From Vicugna vicugna (Eukaryota): DNA of 64,000 bases. Every line of letters starts with the position of its first letter. Position 1 is the stretch's first letter. The notes below the pieces were generated by a model. It made no database searches. It had not been told where the DNA came from and saw nothing but the letters and a program-made list of their open reading frames with translations. Both the position numbers and the translations under genes were made by a program. Where the stretch lies: positions 6,972,407 to 7,036,406 of the forward strand of contig MU058584.1 of assembly GCA_013265495.1 (NCBI GenBank), written 5' to 3'. Below are positions 23,956-36,814 of this stretch, piece by piece.

Positions 23956-24837
23956 GCAAATTAAAATAACAATGAGATACCACTACACACCTACTAGACT
24001 GGCTAAAACCCTAAAAAACTGATACCACCAAATGCTGGTGAGGAACAGGAATTCTCATTCATTGCTGGTGGGAATGCAAAATGGTTCAGCCATTTTGGAA
24101 GACAGGTTGGCGATTCCTTACAAAGCTAAACATAGACCAGACAATACCAGCAACTGCACTCTTAGGTATTTACACAAATGAAAGAATGAGTTGAAAACTT
24201 TTGTCCACACAAAAACCTGCGCATGGATGTTTTATAGCAGCTTTAGTCATAATTGCCCAAAATTGGAAGCAACCAAGATACTCTTCCGTGAATGAGTGAA
24301 CAGTTGTATTTGCACAATGGAGCAGTTTTCAATGATAAAAAATGATGAGACATCATGCCACAAAAAGTTTTGAAGGAAATTTAAGTGCATATTTCTAAGC
24401 GAAAGAAGCTAGTTTGAAAAAAGGCTACATACGATGTAATTCCAACTACACGACATTCTGGAAAAGGCAGACGATCTCACTGATCTGTCGTTTTCAGGGA
24501 TTAAAAGTTAGAGAGAGATGGATACTTGGAGAACTCGAATTTTAAAGGCAGTAAAACTATCTGTGTGATACTCTGATGGTGGATACATGACATAAAGCAT
24601 TTGGCAAACTCATAAAACCATACAACCCAAAGAGTGAACCCTAATGTAAATCTGGACTTCAGTTGATAATAATGTGTCAATATTGGTTTGCCAGTTGTAA
24701 AAAGGTATCACCTAATGAAACATGTTAATCAGGGAAACTGTTAGGGGAGAGGACATAGATGAGAACTCTGGACTTTCTGCTCAGTTTTTCTGTAAACCTA
24801 AAGCTGCTCTAGAAAACAAAGTCTATTAATTGAAAAA
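23956..24837 (+). mobile_element. L1MC-like LINE 3' end
   Basis: CAAATTAAAATAACAATGAGATACCACTACACACCTACTAGA..CATTGCTGGTGGGAATGCAAAATGG..GTGAACCCTAATGTAAA..TTTTTCTGTAAACCTAAAGCTGCTCT. Confidence 0.85.
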
Positions 24838-27800
24838 CATTTGCAACGATCCCCACAGGCACTCCCTATGCTTCTTTCCTGCTTTACTTGTCTCTGTAGA
24901 ACTTACCACCTTCTAATATACTTTTTACTGATTTATTTTGTTACTATCTGTGTGACATAGTACTCCACCTCACCTACCCACTTACTCACACATGAAGGTG
25001 AGTTCCACCAGGCCAGGAAAATTCTGTAAAGTTTTATTTTGATATATTTAAATTTTCAGAAAAGTTGAAAGAACAGATTGAGAAATTCCAATGAATTCTT
25101 TTTACCTAAATTCATCAGTTATTTACATTTACCCCTTTGACCCCATTGTCTTTATCTTTCTCTTACTTCCTCTAAATCTCTCTCTCATGTGTGTCTATAT
25201 AAATGGACATATATATATATATGCATAAAGAATGTTTAAAGGATTAAACAATCCAGGATTACGCATTGCACTTAATAGTCATGTATCTTTATTCACCTTT
25301 AATCTGGAACAGCTTCTCATTTTGGGGGGGATTGCAGGGGGGTCTTCCTTTCCCTGGACATTTCTTAAGAGCTTAGACCAGTTATTTAGTAGTTGTCCCT
25401 CAATTTGGGTTTGTCTAGCTTCTCAGCATCAGATTCAGATGATGCATTTTTGGCAGAAATACTGCAGAAGTGGTATGTCCTCGGAGACACAAGACGGTGG
25501 TCTGTCCCACAGTTAGTGATCTTATCTCTTGCTTAAAGTGGTGTCCATCAAGTTGCTCCAAAAAGGGAATTTTGTTTGTTTCATTCACTGCTGTATTTCC
25601 AAAGCCTAGAATTGTGCCTCAAAAAGAATACATTAAATGAATGACTACATGACTTCAACTCTGTGGAGCTGAAAAGACAAAGAGGAGAAAGAGGAAGGAG
25701 AAGGAAGAGGAGGAAGAGACAGAGAAGCGGGGAGTGGGGTGAGGGGAGCAGTACCCTTATGGAGTAGATGATCGGTATGCACATTTTAAGTTCCTAAATA
25801 ACATTCAAAGGATTTCCAGGACATTTGTATTAATAATAATACCACCAATGTTATGAGATTTTCAAATCCATTATACTTTTACTATTACACCAAATATATT
25901 TTCTAATGTATTTCATAATAATATAGACTTGTCCCCAGTAATTACTCATTTTAAGATGATCTCAATTCTTAAAAATATTTTCAACTCTTCCAAGAGAAAA
26001 TCTTCTAAGCAATATAACAAAGAAGCCTCAGAGGTCTGTTCCATAGATTATCAGCGTTTATTATAGTAAGCCTTACTGACAATCTATCTTTTGTGTAAGT
26101 ATAATTTACTATTTACCTCAAGATATCTCTAATTCGGTTTATTGTCTTGCAATCATAAAACAAGCATGTAAGAAAAAAAGTGGTCACAAATTCAAGCCAT
26201 GTGCTAAGGGAAGTAGAGAAGGACACGAAAACATTCTAAAAAACTTAATCGACTAAACAAGCAAAAGTCCATTTTGATCGGTTCAGTGCCCATCAACACT
26301 TACAAAGAAGTGAAAAGGAAAATTGTGTGAACTATTTTGTTTTAAATCATATTTTAAAAGCAGTTTGAAAGTGAGAATTTTAAGTTTCAACTTTTAACTG
26401 TCAACATAATTAATAGTTAGATTTTAGCCTGTGTAGAGAAGGATTATTTTCTCCTCTGACTTATCATCTCTGCTGTTAACAGCTTTTTCCTAGCACCCCA
26501 CAATGGGGAAAAAAAAAGCCCTTATAAACAAGTCTATGAAGTGGCAGCTGTTTGAAAGACAATCCTTCTAAAAAAAAAAAAAAGTAGTTTCCAGGCTAAT
26601 TGCTTCAGTCCAGGAGGGAATTTGTGTGCAGTTATTTCCCACATCTCCTTAGGACTTTATTATATAAACAGATACTGACACACTCACCAGACAATACTTG
26701 ATTGAATGATAGGTATGTTTTCTCTTATTCGCAGATTCTTCCATAAGAAAAACACAATTCATTTTGTCGTAAGTTTGTGCGCCATAAAAATGAAGTCTGT
26801 TTGCTAATAGTGTAAAATTTGGATCTAGGTTCCTATTTTCTAAATGTTTCTTCATGCCTCTTCAAATAAATTAATGTTTAACGGGCAAAATTAATTGCCC
26901 CCAATATGATTAGAAAGGGAGTAAGCAAGCAACACACCTACCAAAAGAAAAATCAAAATCAAAATGGCAAAATTTACACGTGGACATGATTCAAAGAGGA
27001 ATTTCATTTGCATTCAAATGTCATCTAGATTTTTTAAATCATCTGCGTATGAATAGTTTACACTCAACGGTGACATTTCACCTAAACGAACGATTTTGCT
27101 CCCACCAGTACTCTTTGATAGACATCGATTTAATTTCTTATGCTGCTTCTACTCTGTAGGATTGAGTCCCTTTCGAATTTTAGGCAGTGTTCCTTTTTCT
27201 GCAATTAATCATTCTTTCAAATTAAATATTTCAGGAAAGTAACGTGTACAGAATTAACAAAAGGAAGTGAAATACGTTAGGTTCCTTAGCCTGGCCAGGT
27301 AGAGCCAGAGTGACCAACATTTTACTCGTGAAGGGGTTTTTAAAATCCCAAAGCTGTATCATAGTTTTGCACTAAACGGTATGGACAGTCAAGGCACTCT
27401 AATATCCAGGGATCTTCTTTTCTACATTTTCCTGAGGAAAAAAAAAAAAAAGCAACCACTGCCACCCTAGTTAGACACAACAAGCCCTGTTCTAATAATT
27501 TCAGCATGCCATTTTTATATACAAGCAGCCCACAGGGAGCAGCACATAATATCATCCTCCTCCTCTCACTTCCCACTCTCTTCTGAGGGATGAAACACCA
27601 AAGAAAGTGAACAAGTGGATAAGCCAATTTAAGAAATTGTGGGTGAAGTTAGCAACCTGCTTGAGGATACAAAAGCGTCCAAACTGTCAGGCTCCAAAAG
27701 CATAGAAAAGCTTCGTTTTTAAAAATCTGAAATGTCATGGCACTTACAGTCTGTCTCAGCCAGTTTGCACTTAACCATATTGTTAACTGATATTGTTCTC

Positions 27801-29059
27801 TTCACGTGTAAATCTTCACATTTTCTCAGTCATTAAGGAAGAGGAAGAAAGTAATTCTTTCAGGAAGATTTGATTGTAAATTTTTTTATAGATAAAACAT
27901 AATAGAAACAAACCATTGAACCTAACAACTTAAGGATCCTTGCAATACATTTAATCAATCACTATTAACTATTTAATTAGGTCCTCTGGGTGCTTTGCAC
28001 TCTGCTGTCTGAAAATCTCTTTATATCTGTTCACTTGCTCATTATCTGTTTCTCACACCAGAACAAAAGCTCAATGACTTCAGGAACATTTTTTAAATCT
28101 TTTCCTCTGTATTGTCTACTGTACCTAAATCACACTAGGAGCTCAATAAATATTTGCTGAATGAATAACAATGCCTAGCAGCTAGCAAAATGTTTTTTCT
28201 CCCTCTAGAAAGCCACCTGAGTGTCTGTCTCTCTGCTAGCCATAACATCCCAAACTGCTTACACCTGAGTCGCTATCACATTGCTTTACAGAGTTTGAAC
28301 AGCAGTTCACTAACAAACTGCCTCAGAAACTCCCAAGACTGCAGTTTGCGTATGTCATCAGGGGAATCCCCTGGGGTACTCACATTATTCCCTTGATACA
28401 AATCAGAGAGATACACAGGAGTGAGTTTAGACTAGATGCTAACTCTTGGAAACCTTTACAAGTTTCTAAATTATAATGTTAAAACCAAGAGTCAACCGTT
28501 ACTCTGACATAGATCGGGTTACCTCCAGTTCAAAATATGAGCATCAGCAGATGCCCAGCGGAAGTGCTGAGCTAAGCTTCGCATTCTTGAAAGCAGAGCC
28601 AAATAGGGATTTTCCGTAGGTACAGTCAGCCCGGAAATGGAATTAGACAATTTGAACCCATCTATCTCACCCTCTGTCTGTCTGCCTGCATAGAGGCTCA
28701 CACAGGCAGGAGCTGCTCTGGCAGGTGGTAGTTAATCGGTTAATGGAACAGCTGCTTCTGCTGGTCCTCATAAGCACCAATCCTCTCTTTTGCCATCAGC
28801 ACTTCTCCTGTTCCCAACCTCACCCAGATTTCCAGGTGCTTCTCTTGTCAGAGACTCTCCCTGATGTTATTTTGACTTGATTTCATTCACAGGGAAATCA
28901 TAAAAAGTGTTTTCCAAACTTGCCTAATCACAAGAATCTGGAATACTTATTTCTAAATGCAGCTTCTAAGGAACTTCCTGAATAACCATAGCCATGTAAA
29001 TCAGCATCCTCAACCTCCTGGAAAGCATACAAAGCAACAAAGAAAACAACAATAAAACA

Positions 29060-29578
29060 CAAAGACAAATATACAATTTGTATACAGAAATGTTCATAGC
29101 AGCATTATCCACAGTAGCCAAAAGGCAGAAACAACCCAAATGTCTGTTGAAGAATAAAGGGATAAATGGAATGTTATATATATATATATATACACATACA
29201 CACATACACACACACAATGAAATATTATTCAGTCTTAAAAAGGAATGAAATTGGTACATGCTGCAACATGGCTGAAATAAGCCAGACAGAGAAGAACAAA
29301 TGCCTTATGATTTCATCCATCTGAGGTACCTAGAGTCCTCAAATTCATAGACAGGAAGTAGGACAGTAGAACATCTTCTTCTGGGGTGAGAGGAAGATGG
29401 GGAGTTAGTGTTTAAGGGGTTAATAGAGCTTCAGCCTGGGATGATGAAAAAGTCCTGCAAATAAATAGTGGTGATGGTTGCACAACAACTCGAATGGACA
29501 CAGTGTCACTAAAACATGCAGTTAAAAATCGTTAAAATGGTAAATTTCATGTTATATATTTTTACCACAATTTAAAAA
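29060..29578 (+). mobile_element. L1MB-like LINE 3' end with internal (TA)n(CA)n
   Basis: ATGTTCATAGCAGCATTATCCACAGTAGCCAAAAGG..AAATTCATAGACAGGAAGTAG..GGTAAATTTCATGTTATATATTTTTACCACAAT. Confidence 0.85.
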
Positions 29579-29854
29579 CCAAGCAAATACATGAAAACAC
29601 TCCATTTTCAGTGAGACTAGGTAATAGACATAGCCTACAGATTCCAAAACTTGTCTCAGGCAGCTAAAAGCAGCTGGGAATGGGCAAAAGCCATATGGGA
29701 GGAAGTGAAGAGGAGAAATTTGAATAGTGATGAGAGACAGAGACCCTTTTATTGGAGCTCAGAAAATACCAGAGGAAAAAAGTCACTTTCTGAAAGTGAA
29801 CTCACTCTGCATGCAGCTCAAAAGCAGTATCATTTCTTTGCAAAAGTCTCTTTT

Positions 29855-30011
29855 GTATAGCACAGGAAACTATGCTCAAAATCTTGTAATAACCTTTAAC
29901 GGAAAAAATATATGAAAACAAATATATGTATGTATATTCAAGACTGGGACATTGTACTGTACACCAGAAATTGATACATTGTAATTGACTGTACTTCAAT
30001 TAAAAAAAAAA
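29855..30011 (+). mobile_element. 5'-truncated artiodactyl-type L1 3'UTR with A tail
   Basis: GTATAGCACAGGAAACTATGCTCAAAATCTTGTAATAACC..GACTGTACTTCAATTAAAAAA; related to copies at 36724, 51499 and 56166. Confidence 0.75.
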
Positions 30012-30014
30012 TCA

Positions 30015-30148
30015 GGGGGAGGGTGTAGCTCAAGTGGTAGAAAGCGCATGCTTAGCATGCACGAAGTCCTAGGTTCAATCTCCAGCACCTCCTCTAAAAA
30101 TAAATAAATAGACCTAATTACCTCCCTCCCACCAAAAAAAAAAAAAAA
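30015..30148 (+). mobile_element. tRNA-derived SINE (camelid Vic-1-like) inserted in the L1 A-tail
   Basis: A and B boxes present; TSD AAAAAAAAAATCA on both sides. Confidence 0.85.
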
Positions 30149-30399
30149 TCAAGATAGGAACAATAGGAAAGGTATGCTCAGAAATGGCAAGAATTTCAGG
30201 GAGAGGCAGAAGATGCCCTACGTTAGGACCAGATCATTATGACATTTGACCTTAAATTATATACAGAAAGTCAATGGAGGGTTTTAACTTTGGGCATAAT
30301 GAGGAGAAAATGTGTGTCTCTGTGTGCTGTGTGCTTTTGTGTGTAGGGGTATGATTATTATTGGACCTCAGACACACAGGGGTGAGTTAATCACACTCA

Positions 30400-31580
30400 A
30401 CAGGTCAAGGCATATTATTTTTTTCATCCAGAAAAAACTCTCCTCTTATTTATTCTTTTTATCCTCATATTCTTTCTCATTCCCCTTAAGTCCTATAATC
30501 ATATGCAATCGTATTATGTTGAATGATATTTTTTGTTTTGTGTGTTCTAACAAAATGTGCATGTATTTTTAATTTATGTAAATGATAGTGTCACATGACT
30601 CATTCTCTTTAGCTTTTTCCTGTTAAGTAAACATTATGGTTTTAAAATGTATCCATATGGCTGTGTGTATATGTAATCTGTTTATTGTAATTACTGTACA
30701 GTACATAAGGGTGGGTATTCATCACATTTTACTACCTACTCTCCAAATCACGAACACCCAATTCATGTAACTCCTTACTATCATACAAGAAAAAAAAAGC
30801 TGCAATGAACATTCTCTTATATATCCTGTTATACAGCTCTATGAAATTCCCTTTGGAATATATACTTGGGAGCAGAATTGCTGAGCATAGGGTGTGCCTA
30901 TACTGAATTTGACTAAGTAGTGCCAGGTTGCTCTTCAAAGCAGCTGCACTGGTCTATACTTCCAGCAGTAATGCATGAGGGTAAATTCCCTCACCCCGCC
31001 TACACTTTTTAGTGTTTGCCAGTTTACTTGGTATAAATTGATATTTCCTTGCAGTTTTTATCTGCATTTCTCTGATCACCAATGACCAGCTTCTCTTCAT
31101 AAACTCAGTTTTTCAAGTTTCCTCTTCTGTAAATATCTTTGGCCCATTTTTTTTTTAACCCTTAGCCCCCTTTTTTCCATTGGGGTTGCTATCTTTTGTA
31201 GGAATATTTTTAAATGTTCTATGTATTAATCCTCAGGTAGGTTTAGACATTACAAATGCCTTTTCCTATTCTTTCATTTGTTAACATCATTTACAGAAAT
31301 ACTCAGATTTGATAGAATCACATTTGTCCGTTTTTTTCCTTACGATTGAGGCTTTTGCTTTATTTTGTTAGGAAGTCCTCTCTGACTCCAAATCACAAAG
31401 ATATTCTCCTACATGTTCTTCTATTAATTTTGTCTTTTTGCCTTCCACTTTTAGATCTTTAATCCATCTATAGTCCACTCTTCTCTGTAGTATTAAGTGG
31501 GAATTCATTTTTAATTTTTCTCCATATAGTGAGTCAATTTCTCCCAAATTATCTTTTTAACAATCTATTCTTTCTTTCTC
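30400..31580 (-). mobile_element. Old L1 (L1ME-like) fragment
   Basis: Antisense L1 text (GCTGCAATGAACATTCTC, GGAATATATACTTGGGAGCAGAATTGCTGAG, TTTAGATCTTTAATCCATCT). Confidence 0.7.
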
Positions 31581-32627
31581 TTGATTTGGGGGCAAATTTG
31601 GATTTTTGGAAGTTAACTGGCAGTTCTGCAGAGAATAAAGATTAGAAATAGGGATGCCAAGTAAGATATATTGCTACTGTTCAGATAGATGTAAGAATAT
31701 GACTGAAGACAGTGACATTGGGGGCGGGGGGAGTAACAGGTTTGAGAGGTATTTCTGGGGTTGGCAGTGTGGCATGAAGGAGAGAAAAGAGTCTGAAACA
31801 ACTTCAGTTTTGAACCCAGCACTTTCTGTGGCCAGCAGTGCCACTACTCAGGTAAGGACAGGAGTGTGAACAGTTTGGAAAAGGAAAGATGAACACAATT
31901 GCAGAGCTGTTGAGGATGGGGTGGCTGTGGACATGCTGTGGCCCTCACATTATTTAAAAATGTGTATATATTTAAATAACATCATTTAATAACTGGGAGA
32001 TTCTGTTTGTAAAAAATCTATATTCAGCTTTCTTTCAAAAGATCAGAACCACTGGAACACCAAAGTTGCATTTCTGTCTGGCATCAATTAAATGGAACGG
32101 ATCAGCAGCTCCCACCACTTAATGTCGCAGGAGCTCCCCAGACCTCCAGTGTGCACTGGATCCTCAGTTCCTACACATATTTGGGATTACGATCCTGGTA
32201 TATGCAGAGTGATGAAGTGATGAAAAAGCACGGATGTTTGACATCAAACAGACAGTTTGAATCCAGGGTCAGCCGTTTACTTAACTGTTCTAAACCTGTA
32301 TCTCCTTATCACAAAGTGGGCGGAGTACCTGTCTTAGAAGGGTTTCTTAAGAGAGTTTAAAGAGAGGATGCATGTAAAGCTCAGTTAGTAAATTGTTAGC
32401 AAATAATAGCTAGAAAAAAATCCAGTTAAAAACTGGACATGGAATTCCAGAGCTGAGAAGAGAGTGAGAGCTATGAGCCATGGATTGGAAAGGCAGTGGT
32501 GTATCGTTCTGTCCTACGGTTCATGACTTTCTTGATGACTGGAATATCAGAACCTCCTCTCTACCATAACCCCATCTTCACTTCTTTAAATCCCTAAAAG
32601 TGGATACATAGAAAGAACCCCATGGAA

Positions 32628-32730
32628 GGGAGGGTATATCTCAGTGGCAGAGTGCCTGCTTAGTGCACACAAGGTTCTGGGTTCAATCCCCAGTACCTCC
32701 ACTGAAAAAAACTTTTTTTAATTTAAAAAG
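32628..32730 (+). mobile_element. tRNA-derived SINE (camelid Vic-1-like)
   Basis: GGGAGGGTATATCTCAGTGGCAGAG..GGGTTCAATCCCCAGTACCTCC; TSD core AGAAAGAAC on both sides. Confidence 0.8.
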
Positions 32731-35700
32731 AAAGAACTCAATAAATGTTTGCGGAAGGAAGGGAGAGCGGAAGAATGGATGAAGGAGCTGGGGGAAAAAA
32801 CAAAAGCAGGCATTTTCTTTCATTTGTAAACAGAAGAAATATGGAATGTACCAATTTAGGTTAACCCAGCCCCACCTCCAAGCCAATAAAAATGTTCACT
32901 AAGGCGTACAACTGTATTCTGTACTCCCAGTTCCCAGGAAAAGACTGCAAAAAGACACACACTTAGTCATGTTGGCTGCAAAATACATCTCCAAGCCTCC
33001 TTCAGTAAAACACTATTTGGAAAGTATTTAATAGCAGCATTTGTTATATGTAATTAATAATACCAACAAAACCCAACGAAAGACTTCAAAGATGTAACAG
33101 TTCTTATCTGGTGCAGAAAGCCTCAAAAAAAAGATGGTTTGTGGGAGTTGGTTTATCTTCTCCTGTTGTGAAAAATATATATATAGTTAACTTCTGAATT
33201 CTCCACAGCAACATTCAACCCTGTAAGCACATTCTGCTTGTACTTCTGCTAAACACATTTTCTAATAGCCATATTTATCTTAAATTCATTTCTTCAGAAT
33301 ATCCTGGCATTTGCTCTTTTTACAATATGTCAAAATTGAAGTTTTAAGTCTTCCCAGTGTCCTAATATCTGAGTACCAAAAGACACTTGGCTTGCCCTAT
33401 TAGTATGGACTTGATCATACTTACTCTTTGTAGCTAAGAAGAATAACCATGTTAAGTTTCAGAATGCGTTGACTCTCATTAAAAAAAAAAAAACTAGGCT
33501 GTTAAATTATAAAAATTTTTGATTAATATGATATTTTAGAATGTCATGAATTTTGAAAGCTAGAGCATAAATTCTCTGACAACAACAACTAGGTCATCTA
33601 TTATAAATAAATAATATTGCCAGCTAATTTCAAGGATTCAACTAAGTATTACAAAAACTATAGGGCAGGTGTATGCAATGATTTGGCTGAAAAGTCCAAA
33701 TTATTCTTGGAAAGAAACCAGCACCAGGAGAGACAGTAAAGAGTGATTGGCAGGAAAGGAGCGCTATGAAAGATATCCTATTATCAGTTGGAGAAGCAGT
33801 CATCTGGTCCCAAGTCACCTGCCATTAAGTGCAGATGTATATAAAGTCTAATTGTTTTACACTGGCTCAGCCAAAAGCACATTGCAGTCCTTATTCCCAA
33901 GAAGCTAGATTCAAAGACACTTAGAACTGGAAGGGGCTTGTTGGGACCATCCAGTCTAGTTTGCTCATTTTCCAATCAGGAAACTGAAGATCAGAAGTGT
34001 GACTTGCTTTCAGTAACCAGATCATGTGCTCCTTCTGAATTCCCTTGCCTCAGCAGCAACTCAACCAAGCGTAAGTTATTCAATAAATGGTGCTAAGTTT
34101 ATATTCACAAACAGAGCATGGGAAAGGGCTTTCTCATGGTGTTTATATTCTACACGTGCTTTTGGAAGGTTTGTCAAAAGAAAGATTTCTGAAAGAGGGA
34201 GAAGCTAGAATATAATGTTGAATGTGTCACTGAGAAAAACCTTTACCAATTTTTTATTGTGGAGTTTTTTTAAACTTCATGAAAAGAGAATACAAAGGAT
34301 CCACATGTGTCCATCACTCACTGTAAACAATTACCAACATTCTACCATTCTTATCACATATGTATTTCGTTTTCTTTCTGCTTTGTTTTGTTTGACTGGA
34401 ATAATTGTAAAGCAAAACCAAGACATACCATTTTACCTATAAATATTTCTATATATATCTCTAAAAGATGAGGATTTTCAAACAACATAATCACAATAGC
34501 ATTATCATACCCCACAAAATTAACAATAAATCCTGAAATAGGCTAACATCTAGTCCAGGAGAAATTTAACTCTGTGAGAGTATTCACTAGTGGATCAGGA
34601 TCTCAAGTCTTTCAATCAGGCTGAAAATTCAAAAGAAGAACTTCAAAACTAAAGATTGCAATCTCATTTTTTTCTTATATTGCTCTGCAAATACATATCT
34701 GGATACTCAGATTCCAGAAGAGGATAAAAATAGGCAATGAATCAAAACCATTAATCATATCCTGTTATTTTTAGTCATCTGTTTCTTCCTGATGTTTTAA
34801 TTCAAAATCAGTTTAATATATCTAATCATACTTTTTTCAAAAAAAAAATTAGATTCATAGTGGAAAATTTTGGCAAAAAGGTAAATTTAAAGCTAACATA
34901 GAGTGGTTGTAAAAGCCTGTGTCTATGAACTTGGATGAGGTGTGCACTTAGTCACTTGGACTAACATAGTCCTATGTTAATAGTCTGTCCTATGACTCAA
35001 CTATCTGCCATGTAGAGTTAGTACAAAACACCCTCAAAACAGTCACACTTGGAAAAGCGAAAATCACAAAAAAATAAGTAAATAGTAACTGGGTGATAGG
35101 TCACATTACCCTCCATACTAAAAGCAGATACTAATGAAAGGAATTTTGAGATAGCTTGTAAAAACATTTGGCTCTGAGTAAATCTAGAGTCAAAGTGAAG
35201 ATTTACTTCTGTTGGAACATTTAGAAAGACACTCCATATGCAGCAGTTGCTCAATAGTATTTGTTGATTGGATTTAACACTGGAACCAAACTTTTCCAAC
35301 CTAGCGACTATTAAATTCCTGATTATGTACAATGCAATGGATGTGTATTATTCTACACCCTGGAACTGAGTAGGAGAAAAGTTTTATTTTTTTTTCTTAT
35401 ATGTGCCTTTGCTCTGCTCTCAGTGCATTTTCTACTGTTCCAAATCTATACCTTCATATTCAGGGTTCATGCTGAATTTGTATTTGTGTGGGTCAAGATT
35501 CCAGCATCCCTACTTCACCCCCATTCCCAAATTTCAGGGTCCACAGAGTGGGCGATAATGGGGGCATTTTCTGGACATTGATAGAAAGACACTTATCAAT
35601 ACTTTATTTTTACACTAATTCTTCTGGATAGACAGCCAATTTGGTAAGGATATCGGACCTCCCAGACAATTGCATTTCATCTTTTCCTGACCTGGAATTC

Positions 35701-36029
35701 ACTGGACCTACATAGAGTTTATATAATCATGTGTGCTTCTGATTACACACCAGTGTAATATATAAACACATTCCATCAGCCCACATATTTTTCTACCAGC
35801 ACACCTTCACTCCCAACAATAGTATCATGAATAAAACAATAGCACTGGACCTCTCCATGAAGCCTCAGGCTGTATTTTGCAGGAGGGGTGATATGGGCAA
35901 AAAAGTTTATATTACCTAGAGCCAAAATCAAATCAACAAACAAAAAACTGATATTACTTGACTAAGTTTTCCTTATTAGCTATGTTCCTCTCCCAATCAT
36001 CTTTGTGAATAGGATCAGCACCTTCAGTC

Positions 36030-36215
36030 TATTTGCTTTTCTGGAATAGCGAATCAGAATCACATAAAGAATTTTTTTAACACTAGCCCCCAGGACCCAC
36101 CCCCAGCCCTTTATCAGAAACCCCAGGGTGTGAGACCCAAGAATCTGTGATCTTAACAATTCCTCACGTGCTTTTTCTGTGGCCAGCATCCATAATGTGT
36201 GAGAATCACTGCCCA
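36030..36215. mobile_element. MER5-like hAT DNA transposon fossil
   Basis: ATCAGAATCAC..CCCACCCCCAG..ATCAGAAACCCCAGGGTGTGAGACCCAAGAATCTG..TGAGAATCACTG. Confidence 0.6.
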
Positions 36216-36723
36216 GAGTACCTAGGGCAGCCCTCTATGTATAGTCATGTATATAAATATTTCCTGAATGAATAAATAAATAAGTCAAGATTGTGGAAAG
36301 TAGCAACTGTGAGTTCTAGCCACTCCCAAGGTCTACTGGTCTATGTGTCTTCAGAGTATCTTGCATCTTGCATTGTCTGGTATAGAGAGATTGCTGCTTC
36401 AACTTTGATCTGTGTAACCTCACCCCCACTCCACCCTGAGCAGCCAGCAACAACCCCACTCAGCTGAGAAACAGTGATAAGAAAACTTTGCTTTTTTACC
36501 CCTTGATTGGTAAAGTAAGAAAGTAAAAAAATCATAAGCTCTAGCCTCACAGAAACACCTCCTGGCATTCAATATAGCTACTTTTTGGTTATCTACTATG
36601 GATTTTACATATGCCAGGCACAGTAGAGATACAAAATGATTACAAGACTTGATACTTGCCTTTGCATATTTTACATTCAAACTTGGTAAGACAAAAGCAT
36701 GTGTCCCATCTTGTACTGGGAAC

Positions 36724-36814
36724 TTTTTTTTTAAATTGAAGTACAGTCAGTTATAATGTGTCGATTTCTGGTGTACAGCGTAATGTCCCAGTCATGCATT
36801 TACATACATATATC
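36724..36814 (-). mobile_element. Very short 5'-truncated L1 3' end
   Basis: T-tail plus AATTGAAGTACAGTCAGTT..; TSD TGTACTGGGAACT / TGTAGTGGGAGCT. Confidence 0.75.
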
